In this document: positions 11,417 through 24,158 of the stretch, piece after piece
Position numbering within the stretch: position 1 is the first letter of the stretch
Layout: every line of letters starts with the position of its first letter
Assembly: GCA_040752415.1 (NCBI GenBank)
Contig: JBFMGU010000039.1
Coordinates: forward strand, 1-54,119
DNA length: 54,119 nt
Direction: 5' to 3'
Origin: Myxococcota bacterium
GTDB taxonomy: Bacteria; Myxococcota; JACRCW01
Notes under the pieces: model-generated
Databases searched by the model: none
What the model was told of the DNA's origin: nothing
The model's input: only the letters and a program-made list of their open reading frames with translations
Translations under genes and position numbers: made by a program

Positions 11417-12534
11417 TTTCCGTCCGCGCCACCACGTGCCTTGTCGCCTTGATGCTTCTCCCTTCGGCGCTCCACGCCGAGGAGGAGATCCGCATGGCGG
11501 TGGCGCGCAGCACCGGTCCCGTGGGCGTCTCCGGCGGAGACCTGCGCGCGGAGGACATCGTCACCGGTGAGGTGTTGGTGACGGGGAAGCGCGTCATCAT
11601 CATCGGCGCGGATGACCAGGGTCTCACCGTGGCGGGACAGCCCACGCGCGCGCACCGCGTCGTCATCACCGGGCGGGACGGCGTCAGCTACCAGAACCGC
11701 ACCTTCCGGGGCCGCGTGGAGGCGCTGTGGCAGAAGCAGCGTGGGCGCGCGCAGGTGCTGCTGGTCCATCCTCTTCCGCTGGAGCAGTATCTCGTCGGAA
11801 TCGTGAGCGGGGAGCTGCCCAAGGACTGGCCCCTGGAAGCGATGAAAGCGCAAGCCGTGGCGGCGAGGACGTACGCCATCTACCAGAAGTTCCACGCCCC
11901 GGACCGCCCCTATCACCTCGAGAGCACCGTGCTGGACCAGTTCTACGGTGGGACGCAACGGGAGACGCCTCAAGCGCGCGCCGCCGTCGCCGCCACGGCG
12001 GGAGAGGTGCTCACCTACCGTCGTCGACCCATCCGCGCGTACTTCCATGGCTGCTGCGGCGAGCGTACCGAGAGCGCCAAGGACGGCTGGGGAACCAACG
12101 AACCGTATCTTCCGTCGGTGAGCTGCGGGTTCTGCAATGACTGCGGACGGTACCGATGGTCCCTGAGGCTCTCCCTGGGTGCGCTCTCGTCAGCGCTCCA
12201 GTCCCGCAAGCTGGGGGTGGGCCAGGTGCAGGACGTGACCGTCACGCGCAAGACGGCAACCGGACGCGTGGCGGAGCTCGTCGTCGAGGGGACCACGGGA
12301 AAGCGGAAACTGACGGGGGAGGATCTCCGTCGCGTCGTCGGTTACGACAACCTGCGCAGCCGCCTTTTCACGGTGCGCAAGGACGGGACGGAGCTGGTGT
12401 TCGACGGCAAGGGCAGCGGACACGCGGTGGGCATGTGCCAGTGGGGCGGTCGCGGGATGGCGTTGGAGGGACAGGGCTACCGCGCCATCCTCGAGCGGTA
12501 CTACCCTGGCGCGCGGCTGCTGCGGATGTATTGA
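11413..12534 (+). CDS. SpoIID/LytB domain peptidoglycan lytic transglycosylase
   Basis: LEQYLVGIVSGE..EAMKAQAVAARTYA, GSGHAVGMCQWG, ILERYYPG; signal peptide. Confidence 0.93.
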   Translation: MISVRATTCLVALMLLPSALHAEEEIRMAVARSTGPVGVSGGDLRAEDIVTGEVLVTGKRVIIIGADDQGLTVAGQPTRAHRVVITGRDGVSYQNRTFRGRVEALWQKQRGRAQVLLVHPLPLEQYLVGIVSGELPKDWPLEAMKAQAVAARTYAIYQKFHAPDRPYHLESTVLDQFYGGTQRETPQARAAVAATAGEVLTYRRRPIRAYFHGCCGERTESAKDGWGTNEPYLPSVSCGFCNDCGRYRWSLRLSLGALSSALQSRKLGVGQVQDVTVTRKTATGRVAELVVEGTTGKRKLTGEDLRRVVGYDNLRSRLFTVRKDGTELVFDGKGSGHAVGMCQWGGRGMALEGQGYRAILERYYPGARLLRMY

Positions 12535-12543
12535 GAGGCCATC

Positions 12544-13011
12544 ATGTTCAGCAAAGGCATCGCGTGGGTGTTGTGGGGACTGAGCTGGATGGGCCTGGGG
12601 GGCCTGCACCGCTTCTATCTCGGCAAGCCCATCACCGGGCTGCTCTACCTGGGGACGTGGAACCTGCTGGGCATTGGCCTGATTGCCGACGCGTTCACGC
12701 TCAATGAGCAGGTGGACATTGCCAATGAGCGTCGTCGGAAGGAGCTGATGGCCATGGGCGCGCTGCCGCAGTTGGGCCCTGGTGACGGCGAGCAGCGCTT
12801 CATGAAGGAGCTGTTGCGCGCGGCCAGCTCACGCGGCGGACGGCTCACGGTGACGGAAGCGGTGATGGCCACGGGCCGCGACTTTGCCGAGGTGGAAGCC
12901 CAGCTCGAGAAGATGCGCAAGACCGGTTACGTTGACATCGACAACCATCCAGAGACGGGCGTGGTGCAGTACCGGTTCCCTGAGTTGGAGTCGGGAAGCC
13001 GCAACTCCTGA
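12544..13011 (+). CDS. TM2/NINE domain membrane protein with C-terminal winged-helix-like segment
   Basis: GLGGLHRFYLGKPITGLLYLGTWNLLGIG. Confidence 0.85.
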   Translation: MFSKGIAWVLWGLSWMGLGGLHRFYLGKPITGLLYLGTWNLLGIGLIADAFTLNEQVDIANERRRKELMAMGALPQLGPGDGEQRFMKELLRAASSRGGRLTVTEAVMATGRDFAEVEAQLEKMRKTGYVDIDNHPETGVVQYRFPELESGSRNS

Positions 13012-14042
13012 TGACCCAGCAACGCAGCGACTACTCCTATCCCCTCGACGAGTCGTTGATCGCGACCGAGCCGCTGTCCGACCGCAGCGCGAGCCGGCTC
13101 ATGCACCTCCCTGCCAACGGGAGCCCGCCCCGCCATCTCTCCATGAAGGACCTGCCCTCACTCCTGCGCGCGGGGGATATCCTCGTCGTCAACAACACGC
13201 GGGTGATTCCGGCGCGCATCAAGATGCGGAAGGCCACCGGTGGCGCGGTGGAGCTGCTGGTGGTGCGCCCCGGTCCCGGTCGACGTGCGCTCGCACTGGC
13301 CCACGCGTCCAAGCCGCTGCGTCCCGGCCAGGAGCTCGCGCTTCCCGACGGAAGGACCGTGCGCGTCGTGGAGAAGGTGCCCCCGGACCAGTGGGAAGTG
13401 GAGTTTCCCGACGACACGCTGGCGGTACTGGAAGCCCACGGTGAGGTCCCGCTGCCGCCGTACATGCGTCGTGCTCCCGTCGAGGGGGACCGTCACCGCT
13501 ACCAGACGGTCTTTGCCCGCCACCCGGGCAGCAGCGCGGCTCCCACGGCGGGACTGCATCTGGATGCGCAGCTGCTCTCGGAGATCCGCGCGCGTGGTGT
13601 CGACGTGGCGGAAGTGACGCTGCACGTGGGCCCGGGGACGTTCCTCCCGGTGCGCGTGGACAACCTCGACGAGCACGTGATGCACCAGGAATACTGGCGT
13701 GTTTCCGAGGAGACCGCGCAGGCCATCGAGCGGGCGCGTGCCCGGGGAGGTCGCGTGGTAGCGGTGGGAACCACAAGCTCCCGCACGCTGGAGACCGCCG
13801 GTGTCGACGGCACGGTGCGCGCCGGCGAGGGGTGGACCCAGCTGTTCATCCGTCCGCCGTACCGTTTCCGCGTGGTGGACGTGCTGCTGACCAACTTCCA
13901 CCTGCCGGAGAGTACGCTGCTCATGCTGGTGTCCGCGCTTGCCGGTCGGGAGCGGATCCTGGCGGCGTACGAGGAGGCCCAACGTTTGCGATACCGGTTC
14001 TTCTCCTACGGGGATGCCATGTTGGTGGAACGGGTGGCGTAG
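13011..14042 (+). CDS. queA: S-adenosylmethionine:tRNA ribosyltransferase-isomerase
   Basis: NNTRVIPAR, PLPPY, YQTVFA, AAPTAGLH, HVGPGTF, TNFHLPESTL, FFSYGDAM. Confidence 0.98.
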   Translation: MTQQRSDYSYPLDESLIATEPLSDRSASRLMHLPANGSPPRHLSMKDLPSLLRAGDILVVNNTRVIPARIKMRKATGGAVELLVVRPGPGRRALALAHASKPLRPGQELALPDGRTVRVVEKVPPDQWEVEFPDDTLAVLEAHGEVPLPPYMRRAPVEGDRHRYQTVFARHPGSSAAPTAGLHLDAQLLSEIRARGVDVAEVTLHVGPGTFLPVRVDNLDEHVMHQEYWRVSEETAQAIERARARGGRVVAVGTTSSRTLETAGVDGTVRAGEGWTQLFIRPPYRFRVVDVLLTNFHLPESTLLMLVSALAGRERILAAYEEAQRLRYRFFSYGDAMLVERVA

Positions 14043-14043
14043 A

Positions 14044-15135
14044 ATGAGCTCCGTGTCTGCTCCCCAGCCCCTGCTCTCGCAGCCCATTGCGCAGCGCTTG
14101 TTGCTGCTTGGCACATTGAATGGCGAGACGTCGGTGGAGCTGGTGTCCATGGCCAGCCCGGAAGCGCGTCGGTTCGCGGAGGTGGCCTACCTGGCCGGCG
14201 TGGTCACCGACGAGCAGCTGGTGGCCGCGTTCCTCTCGCTGGGCGCCCGGGACTGCACCCGCATCATGACCCGCGACGTGCCCCCTGCCCTCAAGGCCCT
14301 CATCCCGACGGAGATTGCGCAGCAATACCGCGTGGTCCCGTTCCAGCAGGTTGGCACCAAGTTGCACCTGGCCATGCTGGACCCGTCCGACGGGGAAGCC
14401 GTGGAGCGCGCCGCGTTTGCCTCTGGTTTGTACGTGGAACCGTGGGTGGCGCGCGCCAGCGTCCTGTTCGACGTGTTGTGCAGCGCCTACGGCGGCACGC
14501 CTCCCATCCCCCGCCCGCCCCCCACGCCGTCACGACCCGCCATCCCACGCGTGACCGCCCCGTCGAGAACGCCGCCTGTCGTCGGGCTGCCGGCGGTGGG
14601 CTGGGATCCGCCACAGGCCACGCGTTCGCTCTTGGCGGGGCTCTCGCGGGAAGAGGCGGCGTCACGTTGGGCACGCGCACGCGGAAGCATTGTCACCGAG
14701 GTGCTGCCCACGCTGGTCCCGCCGTTCGACCGCGCCGTGTTGTGGCGCCAGGACGGTCATCGCACCGTGGGCTGGACGGGGTTGGGACGCGCGGTGAGCC
14801 CCACCGTCGTCGAGGATCTGGAGTTCCACGCCGGGCCGCCCTCGCTCTTCTGGCAGGCGGTCCGCGACAAGACGCCGTCACACAGCGCGCCCAGCAATGG
14901 GCAGCCCGCACCGGAAAGACTGCTGTGGCGCTCGCTGGGCGACCCGCCGGGAGGCCAGGACACGCGCATCTACAGCGTGTGGCCCGTCGTGGTGAACAAT
15001 GAGGTGCTGGCGCTCATGTACCTGGAGGGTCAGGACGCCCGGCACAACATCATCAACGGGGGGAAGGCCACGCGGGCGGTCCAACAGGTTGCGGACCGGC
15101 TGCGTGAAGCCTTCACGACGTTGCCAACGCGCTAG
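14044..15135 (+). CDS. T2SSE_N/MshEN-like domain protein with Pro-rich linker and GAF-like C-terminus
   Basis: LIPTEIAQQYRVVPF..LHLAMLDPSD..ASGLYVEPWVA; no ATPase domain. Confidence 0.7.
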   Translation: MSSVSAPQPLLSQPIAQRLLLLGTLNGETSVELVSMASPEARRFAEVAYLAGVVTDEQLVAAFLSLGARDCTRIMTRDVPPALKALIPTEIAQQYRVVPFQQVGTKLHLAMLDPSDGEAVERAAFASGLYVEPWVARASVLFDVLCSAYGGTPPIPRPPPTPSRPAIPRVTAPSRTPPVVGLPAVGWDPPQATRSLLAGLSREEAASRWARARGSIVTEVLPTLVPPFDRAVLWRQDGHRTVGWTGLGRAVSPTVVEDLEFHAGPPSLFWQAVRDKTPSHSAPSNGQPAPERLLWRSLGDPPGGQDTRIYSVWPVVVNNEVLALMYLEGQDARHNIINGGKATRAVQQVADRLREAFTTLPTR

Positions 15136-16383
15136 TCAGCCCACGCCAATCTGTCGGCGCTCGCAGAACCGACGCATCTTCTCCAGGCCCTGCACCTGGA
15201 TCTGGCGCACCCGCTCACGGCTCAGGTTGTACTTCTTGCCAATCTCGTCGAGGGTCTCGTCGTTGGCGCCCTCCAGGCCAAAGCGCCGACGGATGATGTC
15301 CATCTCCACGGGGGTCAGCAGCTGCAGCAGCTCCCGCAGGCGCGCGGTCTCGTTCTCGCGCATCACCGCCTCGTCGGGCGGCTCCACGTTTTCGTCCTTC
15401 ACCAGGTCCATCAGGCGGCGGTCGTCGTCACCACCCACGGTGTCGTCGAGGGAGATGGGGTCGCGCGGGATGGCCTGGGTGACCTCCTCCACCTTCTCCA
15501 GCGGCACGCCCAGCTTCTCGGCCACCTCGGTGTCGGTGGGGCGACGCCCCAGCACCTGTGCCAGCTCCTTCTGCGCCTTGGTGAGTTGTCGACGGGTATC
15601 AAACACGTGCACCGGCAACCGCACCTGCGCGCCCTTGTTCATGATGGCCCGCTCGATGGACTGGCGGATCCACCAGTGCGCGTACGTGCTGAAGCGGAAC
15701 CCCTTGCGGTGATCAAAGCGGTGCACCGCCTTGATGAGCCCCAGGTTGCCTTCCTGGATGAGGTCGATGAGCGGGAGGCGGAAGTGGTGGAAGCCCCGCG
15801 CCACGCTGACGACGAGACGGAGGTTGGCGCGCACAAACGCGTTCCGCGCGGTCAGGGATGCGCGGCGGGCGCGGTCAATGTCCTGGATGGACTTGCGCGT
15901 CGGACGCTGCAGTCCCAGCACCTGGCGGCGACTCCCGGGCAGTCCGTCCTCGCCGCGGGATTCCTTCACCAGGTGCTCGAAGACGCCTTCGATGAGGACG
16001 CGGTCGTCGTCAAGGTCACGCAGCTGGATGGCCAGCTTCTCGACGTCACGGGCCAGCGCCGGCGTGGTCAGGGGCACCTGCTGGCTGACGGCTTGCGCCA
16101 CACGCTCCAGCGGGCCGCGGTCGGTGAGCTGCAGGATTCGCGGATGGGCGGCCACCCATTCCAGGGCCTGCCAATTGGGGAAGGTCCTTCGCCACGCTTC
16201 CAGCTCAAGCTCACGCAGCGTCTTGGCCGCCTGGCGCTCCTCCGGCGCCGAGAACAGGGGGATGCGGGAGAGCATCTCCAGGTAGTCGTTGAGCAGGTCC
16301 GCCTTCAGCCTGGGCACCGACGTCGACACCGACGCGGGCAACGGCTGCTTCGTGGTCGTGGCTTCCTTGCGGTCCGATGACAT
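15136..16383 (-). CDS. sigma70-family RNA polymerase sigma factor (RpoD-like, lacks region 1.1)
   Basis: ANLRLVVSVA, DLIQEGNLGLIKAV, RFSTYAHWWIRQSI, TLDEIGKKYNLSRERVRQI. Confidence 0.95.
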   Translation of the reverse strand: MSSDRKEATTTKQPLPASVSTSVPRLKADLLNDYLEMLSRIPLFSAPEERQAAKTLRELELEAWRRTFPNWQALEWVAAHPRILQLTDRGPLERVAQAVSQQVPLTTPALARDVEKLAIQLRDLDDDRVLIEGVFEHLVKESRGEDGLPGSRRQVLGLQRPTRKSIQDIDRARRASLTARNAFVRANLRLVVSVARGFHHFRLPLIDLIQEGNLGLIKAVHRFDHRKGFRFSTYAHWWIRQSIERAIMNKGAQVRLPVHVFDTRRQLTKAQKELAQVLGRRPTDTEVAEKLGVPLEKVEEVTQAIPRDPISLDDTVGGDDDRRLMDLVKDENVEPPDEAVMRENETARLRELLQLLTPVEMDIIRRRFGLEGANDETLDEIGKKYNLSRERVRQIQVQGLEKMRRFCERRQIGVG

Positions 16384-16540
16384 GCCACCTCCGCGCGCGA
16401 CTGGCCTCGTGCGGATGGTGGCAGAAGCAATCCGCGGGCCGAGCCACCCGGAAATGCCCAGGCTCCTCGGATCGTTGACGCGCGTTCACAGTCCTCCGCG
16501 CGGTGGCGTGATGGGCACCACAGGATCCGCCCAGCGACCA

Positions 16541-17644
16541 TCAAGCTTCGTCGGATCCGCCCAACCCCTGGCCATCCTTGAGGATTCCGGCCCACTCCCG
16601 CAGGACGCTGGTGGCGAACGAGCCCGGCGCCAGGCTCATCTTCACGCGAATGCCGTTCTCCACGGCCTCCACGGCCAGGTCCCGCGGCCGGACGAGGATG
16701 GTCCGTCGGTCCCCCACGGGCGCTCGTTTGCCCTCGGTGAGGAGGGTGGGAGGTTGCAGCACCTCTTCCAGGATCCGCGACTCCAATGTCAGCGCCTTGC
16801 CGCGAGGCCGCCGCATTCGAGCACCTGGTAGCGGGCCGGTGACCGCCACCTCGCCACGTTGCACGCGGGGCGCGTCCACTTCCGGCGCGTCGCACCAGAA
16901 GGGAGCCCCGCTGGGGACCTTGACCAGGATGTCGCCTTCCCAGGGCAGGACATCCCGGTCGTACCGGACGCGCTCGCTGGCCACGAGGTTGAAGATGTGG
17001 CTCTGCAGCGCGCTCACCAGCAATTGGGCGCCTCGGAAATCCTTGCTCCGACGCTCCCCCGTCAGCACCCGCACGCCGTCCAACGCGTTGTTCCCGCCCA
17101 CGCCAAACCGCTGCGGCCCGAAGTAGTTGGGCACGCCCGCCGCCACGTCGGAGAGCCGGGAGCGGAGCGTTTCCAGGGCGCCCGACGCCGGGTCGCGCAG
17201 CAGGATTTCAAACGTGTTCCCGCGCAGGTGGCCCAGCTGCAGCTTGTTCTTGTGGAGCGAGGTCCGCAGCACGCGGATGCCTGGCCCCACCTCGTCGGGG
17301 AGGCGCGTCTTGGTCCGCGGCACCGTGAACCACTGCACGGCCACGGCGTGAACGTCCTTCCGCCCCGCGAAGCCCACGTCATTGGGGCGGGCGCCCACCG
17401 CGTTGGCCAGGCGGCGCGCCACCTCCAGCGTGGAAATGGCGGTCTTCTCCACCTGCACCATGACGTGGTCGCCGGATCCGGACGGCGGGTACGCCGGTTC
17501 CTCGGTGACCCTGAAGTCGCCCGGTTCCTTCCGCGCCAGCACGCCCTGCGCCGACACCGCGGGCAGCCGCGTGGCCAGCGCCCCCCACGAGAAAACCAAT
17601 CCGTCGCTTGAGTTACGCAACATTTCCGAGTTGCTATCCGACAT
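16541..17644 (-). CDS. truD: tRNA pseudouridine(13) synthase (start uncertain, possibly TTG 17599)
   Basis: PGDFRVTE, FAGRKD (catalytic Asp), LGHLRGNTF, PNYFGPQRFG, GSFATSVLRE. Confidence 0.95.
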   Translation of the reverse strand: MSDSNSEMLRNSSDGLVFSWGALATRLPAVSAQGVLARKEPGDFRVTEEPAYPPSGSGDHVMVQVEKTAISTLEVARRLANAVGARPNDVGFAGRKDVHAVAVQWFTVPRTKTRLPDEVGPGIRVLRTSLHKNKLQLGHLRGNTFEILLRDPASGALETLRSRLSDVAAGVPNYFGPQRFGVGGNNALDGVRVLTGERRSKDFRGAQLLVSALQSHIFNLVASERVRYDRDVLPWEGDILVKVPSGAPFWCDAPEVDAPRVQRGEVAVTGPLPGARMRRPRGKALTLESRILEEVLQPPTLLTEGKRAPVGDRRTILVRPRDLAVEAVENGIRVKMSLAPGSFATSVLREWAGILKDGQGLGGSDEA

Positions 17645-17688
17645 TGTAGTGGCCTATCCTACCCCACCTTACCGGAGGCGCTGATCTG

Positions 17689-18174
17689 ATGGGTGCTCTT
17701 CCTACCTGGTTTGCTCGTTTTGCACTGGTGTTGGCGTGCGTGGCCATGGGTGGTGGTGATTGCGGCGGGGGTTCCTCCCCGGGATGCACCTCGGACGGGG
17801 ATTGCGGCGACGGCGCGTACTGCAGCAGCGCGGACGGACTCTGCTACGTGCTGGGCAGCTGCGTGGCGGCGGCCGACTGCGCGGAGCAGAACCTGACTCA
17901 CACCAACTGCACGGGCGCGTGGAGCTGCGTCTCGCAGAGTTGTGAGTGGACGTGCAGCGGACCGCTGCCGGGACGTGGCCAGACCTGCGGCGCCGGCGAC
18001 GCGTGCGCGTCCGGCCTGGAGTGCATCCACTACTACGGCGTGGCGGGCCCCAGCGGGCCGGAGTTCCGGACGTGTGAGAAGCGGTGCACCGCCGACGCGG
18101 ACTGCGGCTTTGGCAGCGCGTGCGTGAACGTGACCGACGGGCCCGGGCGGGTCTGTCGGAACCGCAACGGCTGA
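17689..18174 (+). CDS. Secreted Cys-rich repeat (lipo)protein
   Basis: Signal-like N-terminus; CxxDxDC repeats. Confidence 0.75.
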   Translation: MGALPTWFARFALVLACVAMGGGDCGGGSSPGCTSDGDCGDGAYCSSADGLCYVLGSCVAAADCAEQNLTHTNCTGAWSCVSQSCEWTCSGPLPGRGQTCGAGDACASGLECIHYYGVAGPSGPEFRTCEKRCTADADCGFGSACVNVTDGPGRVCRNRNG

Positions 18175-18243
18175 GCTCGGCGTCATCACGGGCGTGGCCA
18201 TGACGTCCTGCACCCTTTGGGCGGCTGTGCGCATCTCACTGGC

Positions 18244-18501
18244 ATGAAGCCCGTCACGGTCTACACCACCACGTACTGCGGCTTCTGCCGGCGGGCCAAG
18301 AGCTTCCTGCAGGAGCGCAACATCCCCTTCCACGAAGTGGACGTCACCGACGACGCTGCCGCACGCGAGATGCTGGTGCAGCGCACCGGTCAGCGCACCG
18401 TCCCGCAAATCTTCTTTGGCGAGGAGTCCGTGGGCGGCTACTCCGACCTCAAGGCATTGGCGGACGCGGGCAACCTGGACGCCCGGCTGGGCAGGATGTG
18501 A
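18244..18501 (+). CDS. grxC: Glutaredoxin 3
   Basis: VTVYTTTYCGFC, RTVPQIF, GGYSDL. Confidence 0.9.
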   Translation: MKPVTVYTTTYCGFCRRAKSFLQERNIPFHEVDVTDDAAAREMLVQRTGQRTVPQIFFGEESVGGYSDLKALADAGNLDARLGRM

Positions 18502-18538
18502 CGAGCGCGCCCGGCGCGGGTTAGGGTTCCGCTCCTCC

Positions 18539-19243
18539 ATGAGCACGTCTGATCCCTCGCCGCTGGCGGGAATGAACCGCAATGAGGCCCGCGTCATCAT
18601 CGTCGACGACGACGAATTCTGGCGGCGCATGCTGACCACCGTCATGCAGGGGTCCGGCTTCTCGCAGCCGCGGGTGGTCAGCTCCTTCCAGGAGGGGCTG
18701 CAGCACTTCGAGGCGGAGGAGTTTGACCTCGGGCTCGTCGACATCATGCTGGGGACGGAAAGCGGCCTGGACCTCATCCAGAGGGCACGCGAGCACAATC
18801 CCAACTGCGCCTTCCTGGTCATCACCGCCGCCACCAACCTGGAGATGGCGGTGCGCGCCGTCGACGCGGGGGCGGCGGGCTACATCTCCAAGCCACTCCC
18901 GCCCATCCCGGAGCTCTGCGACAAGCTGGACCGCGCCCTGGCCGGCGCCGCGCTGCGCAAGCAGGTGGAGCGGCTGCACGCCAAGGTGTTCGAGCTGGAA
19001 GCGGAGCTCATGCGCGCGCGCAGCCGGCCTGCTTCCGTCGACGGGGGCGGGCCCGCCATGGGCAAGGCCACCGCGCTGGGCGTGCACCGCGTCATCACGG
19101 AAGCGCACGCGGTGCTGGAGCCGCTGATTGACCGGCTGGAGATGATGCCGGAGGTGGACTCGCTGGAAGCCGAGGGGGCGCGGGAGGCGCTCAAGAAGCT
19201 GGGGAACGTGGCCGTGTCGCTGGAGAAGGTCTCACGCGGCTGA
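18539..19243 (+). CDS. Response regulator: receiver domain plus coiled-coil, no recognisable DNA-binding domain
   Basis: IIVDDD, LVDIML, VITA, YISKP; start may be 18572. Confidence 0.88.
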   Translation: MSTSDPSPLAGMNRNEARVIIVDDDEFWRRMLTTVMQGSGFSQPRVVSSFQEGLQHFEAEEFDLGLVDIMLGTESGLDLIQRAREHNPNCAFLVITAATNLEMAVRAVDAGAAGYISKPLPPIPELCDKLDRALAGAALRKQVERLHAKVFELEAELMRARSRPASVDGGGPAMGKATALGVHRVITEAHAVLEPLIDRLEMMPEVDSLEAEGAREALKKLGNVAVSLEKVSRG

Positions 19244-19326
19244 TTTTTTGACGGCGATCATGCCCGCGCCTACGTTGGCGCCACTCGGCTCCACGCGGAG
19301 CCGGCCGCATCCACAAGGAGCCCGTC

Positions 19327-19533
19327 ATGCTGCGTGCCCTCGGCAACGCCCGGTCCCCGTCCGTCCTTGCTCTTGCCGCCGTCGTCACCGTGCTGTTGCA
19401 CGCGTCCACCGGTGCCAGCGGCACGCGGCGGAACGCGCCCTCGTCGGCGGAGCAGGAGCTGCAGGCGGCGGTGGACCTGCGCGTGGAGATGCACCTGCGT
19501 CGACTGCAGGCAACCCGCACCGCGCAGCGGTGA
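19327..19533 (+). CDS. Small hypothetical membrane protein (68 aa)
   Basis: AAGGAG RBS upstream of ATG; one hydrophobic segment; fills the gap between neighbours. Confidence 0.5.
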   Translation: MLRALGNARSPSVLALAAVVTVLLHASTGASGTRRNAPSSAEQELQAAVDLRVEMHLRRLQATRTAQR

Positions 19534-19534
19534 A

Positions 19535-19999
19535 TCAGCGCTTGTAGGTGATGGCGTTGGCGGCCTCGTCCTCGGCCAGTTCCTTCTCCCAGTTGCGTGC
19601 TTTGCGCGGGGAGCCCAGGAACTCCTCGTAGTGCATCTGGGCCAGCACCTTGAGGTCCACGCCCGTCGGGGAGACCTGCACGTCCACCTGCGCCACGGAC
19701 ATGTTGAAGGCGCTGTTGATGACGCTGTCGGGGTCCATTCCGTAGATGTGCAGCGCCTGGCGGACCTCCGCGGGGCCCACGCCAAAGCGCTTGGCCACGT
19801 CGTGGACGTTCTGGAAGCGGTAGGTGTTCTCCGCGGTGATGCCCAGGTGGTAGGCGCAGAACAGCTCGAACGGGTCCAGCCCGAACACCTTGTTCTCGGC
19901 GAGCTCACGGGCCACGCGCGCGCCCTTCTCCTGCTCTGGCGTGCGACCACCTTCCCCCGTCTTGACCGCCTTCTTCTTGTCCGTGTTCCTGCTGGCCAT
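19535..19999 (-). CDS. Hypothetical protein with HTH-like segment
   Basis: GAAGGA RBS; high-GC3 codon pattern; NVHDVAKRFGVGPAEVRQAL resembles an HTH. Confidence 0.75.
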   Translation of the reverse strand: MASRNTDKKKAVKTGEGGRTPEQEKGARVARELAENKVFGLDPFELFCAYHLGITAENTYRFQNVHDVAKRFGVGPAEVRQALHIYGMDPDSVINSAFNMSVAQVDVQVSPTGVDLKVLAQMHYEEFLGSPRKARNWEKELAEDEAANAITYKR

Positions 20000-20036
20000 G
20001 TTCGTTCCTTCCTGCAAAACGCCCCCAATGTAACCA

Positions 20037-22622
<2,586 letters not shown>

Positions 22623-22721
22623 GCCGACGTGGCTAGCAGGTGGCCCACGCGCGCGGAAAGGCCTTGCCACACCTGCCGCGCATCACCCACGCTGCCGGGC
22701 CTCCGGTGGGGAGGTGCGCAG

Positions 22722-23411
22722 ATGCTGAAGCTGATGATGATGGGTTGCCTGACCACGCTGCTGGGCGGGCTGGTGGTGGGTGGGGCCTGCGTGTGGGTGG
22801 GCAAGGAGACGGTGGGCGCCAGCCAGCGCGCGTTTGCCACCGCGGAGCGTTCCCGGGCGGAGCTGGACAAGAAGTACGCGTTCAAGACGCCGGCGCGTCG
22901 GGAGGAGACCGAGGACTCGCTGGATGACTTCATGGACGTCCGCAAGGAGCTCCACAAGGCCTTGAAGAACCAGAAGCACCCCAAGCTGGACGTCACCGAC
23001 GTCAACACCCTCATGGCGCCGGCCCAGTCCCTCAACACGGTGCTCGACTTCCACTTCAAGAACCGGGTGGAACTGGTGATGAAGACGCTGGATTCCGAGG
23101 AGATGAGCCCCGCCGAGTACATCTGGCACCTGCAGACCATCTACGGGGCCATCGTGGCGGGCGCGGCCGCGGGTGACGCCGACGCCAAGCTGCTCAACGA
23201 GGAGATCGAGAAGGCGCTCCCGGAGGGCGCCGGTTGGTTGAAGCCCTATCTTGAGGAGGGAACCACCAAGCTTGCGGGCACGGGCGAGAAGAGCCTGGCC
23301 ACCATCAAGCTGTTGCAGCAGCGAAAGAAGGACTTTCTGGAGGGCGAGATGCTCTGGCATGACCTGATCATGCTGAGCGTGCTCGGCGGTGCCGGGGTGA
23401 CCGCCAAGTAG
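22722..23411 (+). CDS. Hypothetical membrane-anchored protein
   Basis: GGAGG RBS, ATG 22722, N-terminal TM helix, typical codon usage. Confidence 0.8.
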   Translation: MLKLMMMGCLTTLLGGLVVGGACVWVGKETVGASQRAFATAERSRAELDKKYAFKTPARREETEDSLDDFMDVRKELHKALKNQKHPKLDVTDVNTLMAPAQSLNTVLDFHFKNRVELVMKTLDSEEMSPAEYIWHLQTIYGAIVAGAAAGDADAKLLNEEIEKALPEGAGWLKPYLEEGTTKLAGTGEKSLATIKLLQQRKKDFLEGEMLWHDLIMLSVLGGAGVTAK

Positions 23412-23426
23412 GCGCGGGGTGTGTCC

Positions 23427-24089
23427 TCAGCGACACAACGCGGTACGCGTCCGACGCGCCCGATACGCCGCCAGGTCCACCGTGTTCTCACCCAGTGCCT
23501 TGCGGCTCAGCACGCCCTCCTGCACCGCGTACTCCTTGAGCTGCTCCTGCAGGAGCCTGCGACCGCGGAAGAGCCGGCTCATGACCGTGCCCACGGGGCA
23601 GTCCAGCAGGTCGGCGATGTCCTTGTAGGAAAACCCGTGCACGTCCGCGAGGATGACCACGGTGCGGAAGTCCACCGGGACCTGCTCCAGGGCGTTGAGG
23701 ACCTCGTCGGAGAGGGTGCGCTCACTGAGGGCGCCTTCCGGGTCCCACGTGGGCCGTTTGGACTCCAGGTTCACGGTGTGGTGCTCCACCACCTGGGTCT
23801 GGCCCTCGCTCTCCAGCATCTCCCGCTCCTTCACCTTGCGGCGGTAGCGGTTGATGAACGTGTTGGTCAGGATGCGGAACAACCACGCCTTGCAGTTGGT
23901 GCCCGCCTCGAACTGGTTGAAGTGCCGGTAGGCCTTCAGGAAGGTCTCCTGCACCAGGTCCTCGGCGTCATCCGGGTGACGCGTCAGACGCAACGCCGCG
24001 CCGTAGATGCCACGCATATGAGGCAACGCGGCCGCCTCAAAGCTCTCCCCCGTCGTCGCCACCTCACCCGCCACCACTCCGCCGCCCAT
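23427..24089 (-). CDS. ECF sigma factor (SigH/SigR-like)
   Basis: [46 protein letters not shown]. Confidence 0.93.
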   Translation of the reverse strand: MGGGVVAGEVATTGESFEAAALPHMRGIYGAALRLTRHPDDAEDLVQETFLKAYRHFNQFEAGTNCKAWLFRILTNTFINRYRRKVKEREMLESEGQTQVVEHHTVNLESKRPTWDPEGALSERTLSDEVLNALEQVPVDFRTVVILADVHGFSYKDIADLLDCPVGTVMSRLFRGRRLLQEQLKEYAVQEGVLSRKALGENTVDLAAYRARRTRTALCR

Positions 24090-24158
24090 GACTGACCCCG
24101 TTTCGCCCGCCGGTCCACCTAGAGCCCCGTGCTCGCCCGCGCGTTCATCACGGGTATC

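Noticed and set aside
17616..17633. GCAAC-N8-GTTGC inverted repeat between truD and the Cys-rich gene
   Set aside because: Only 5-bp arms and it may lie within the truD N-terminus; too weak to call
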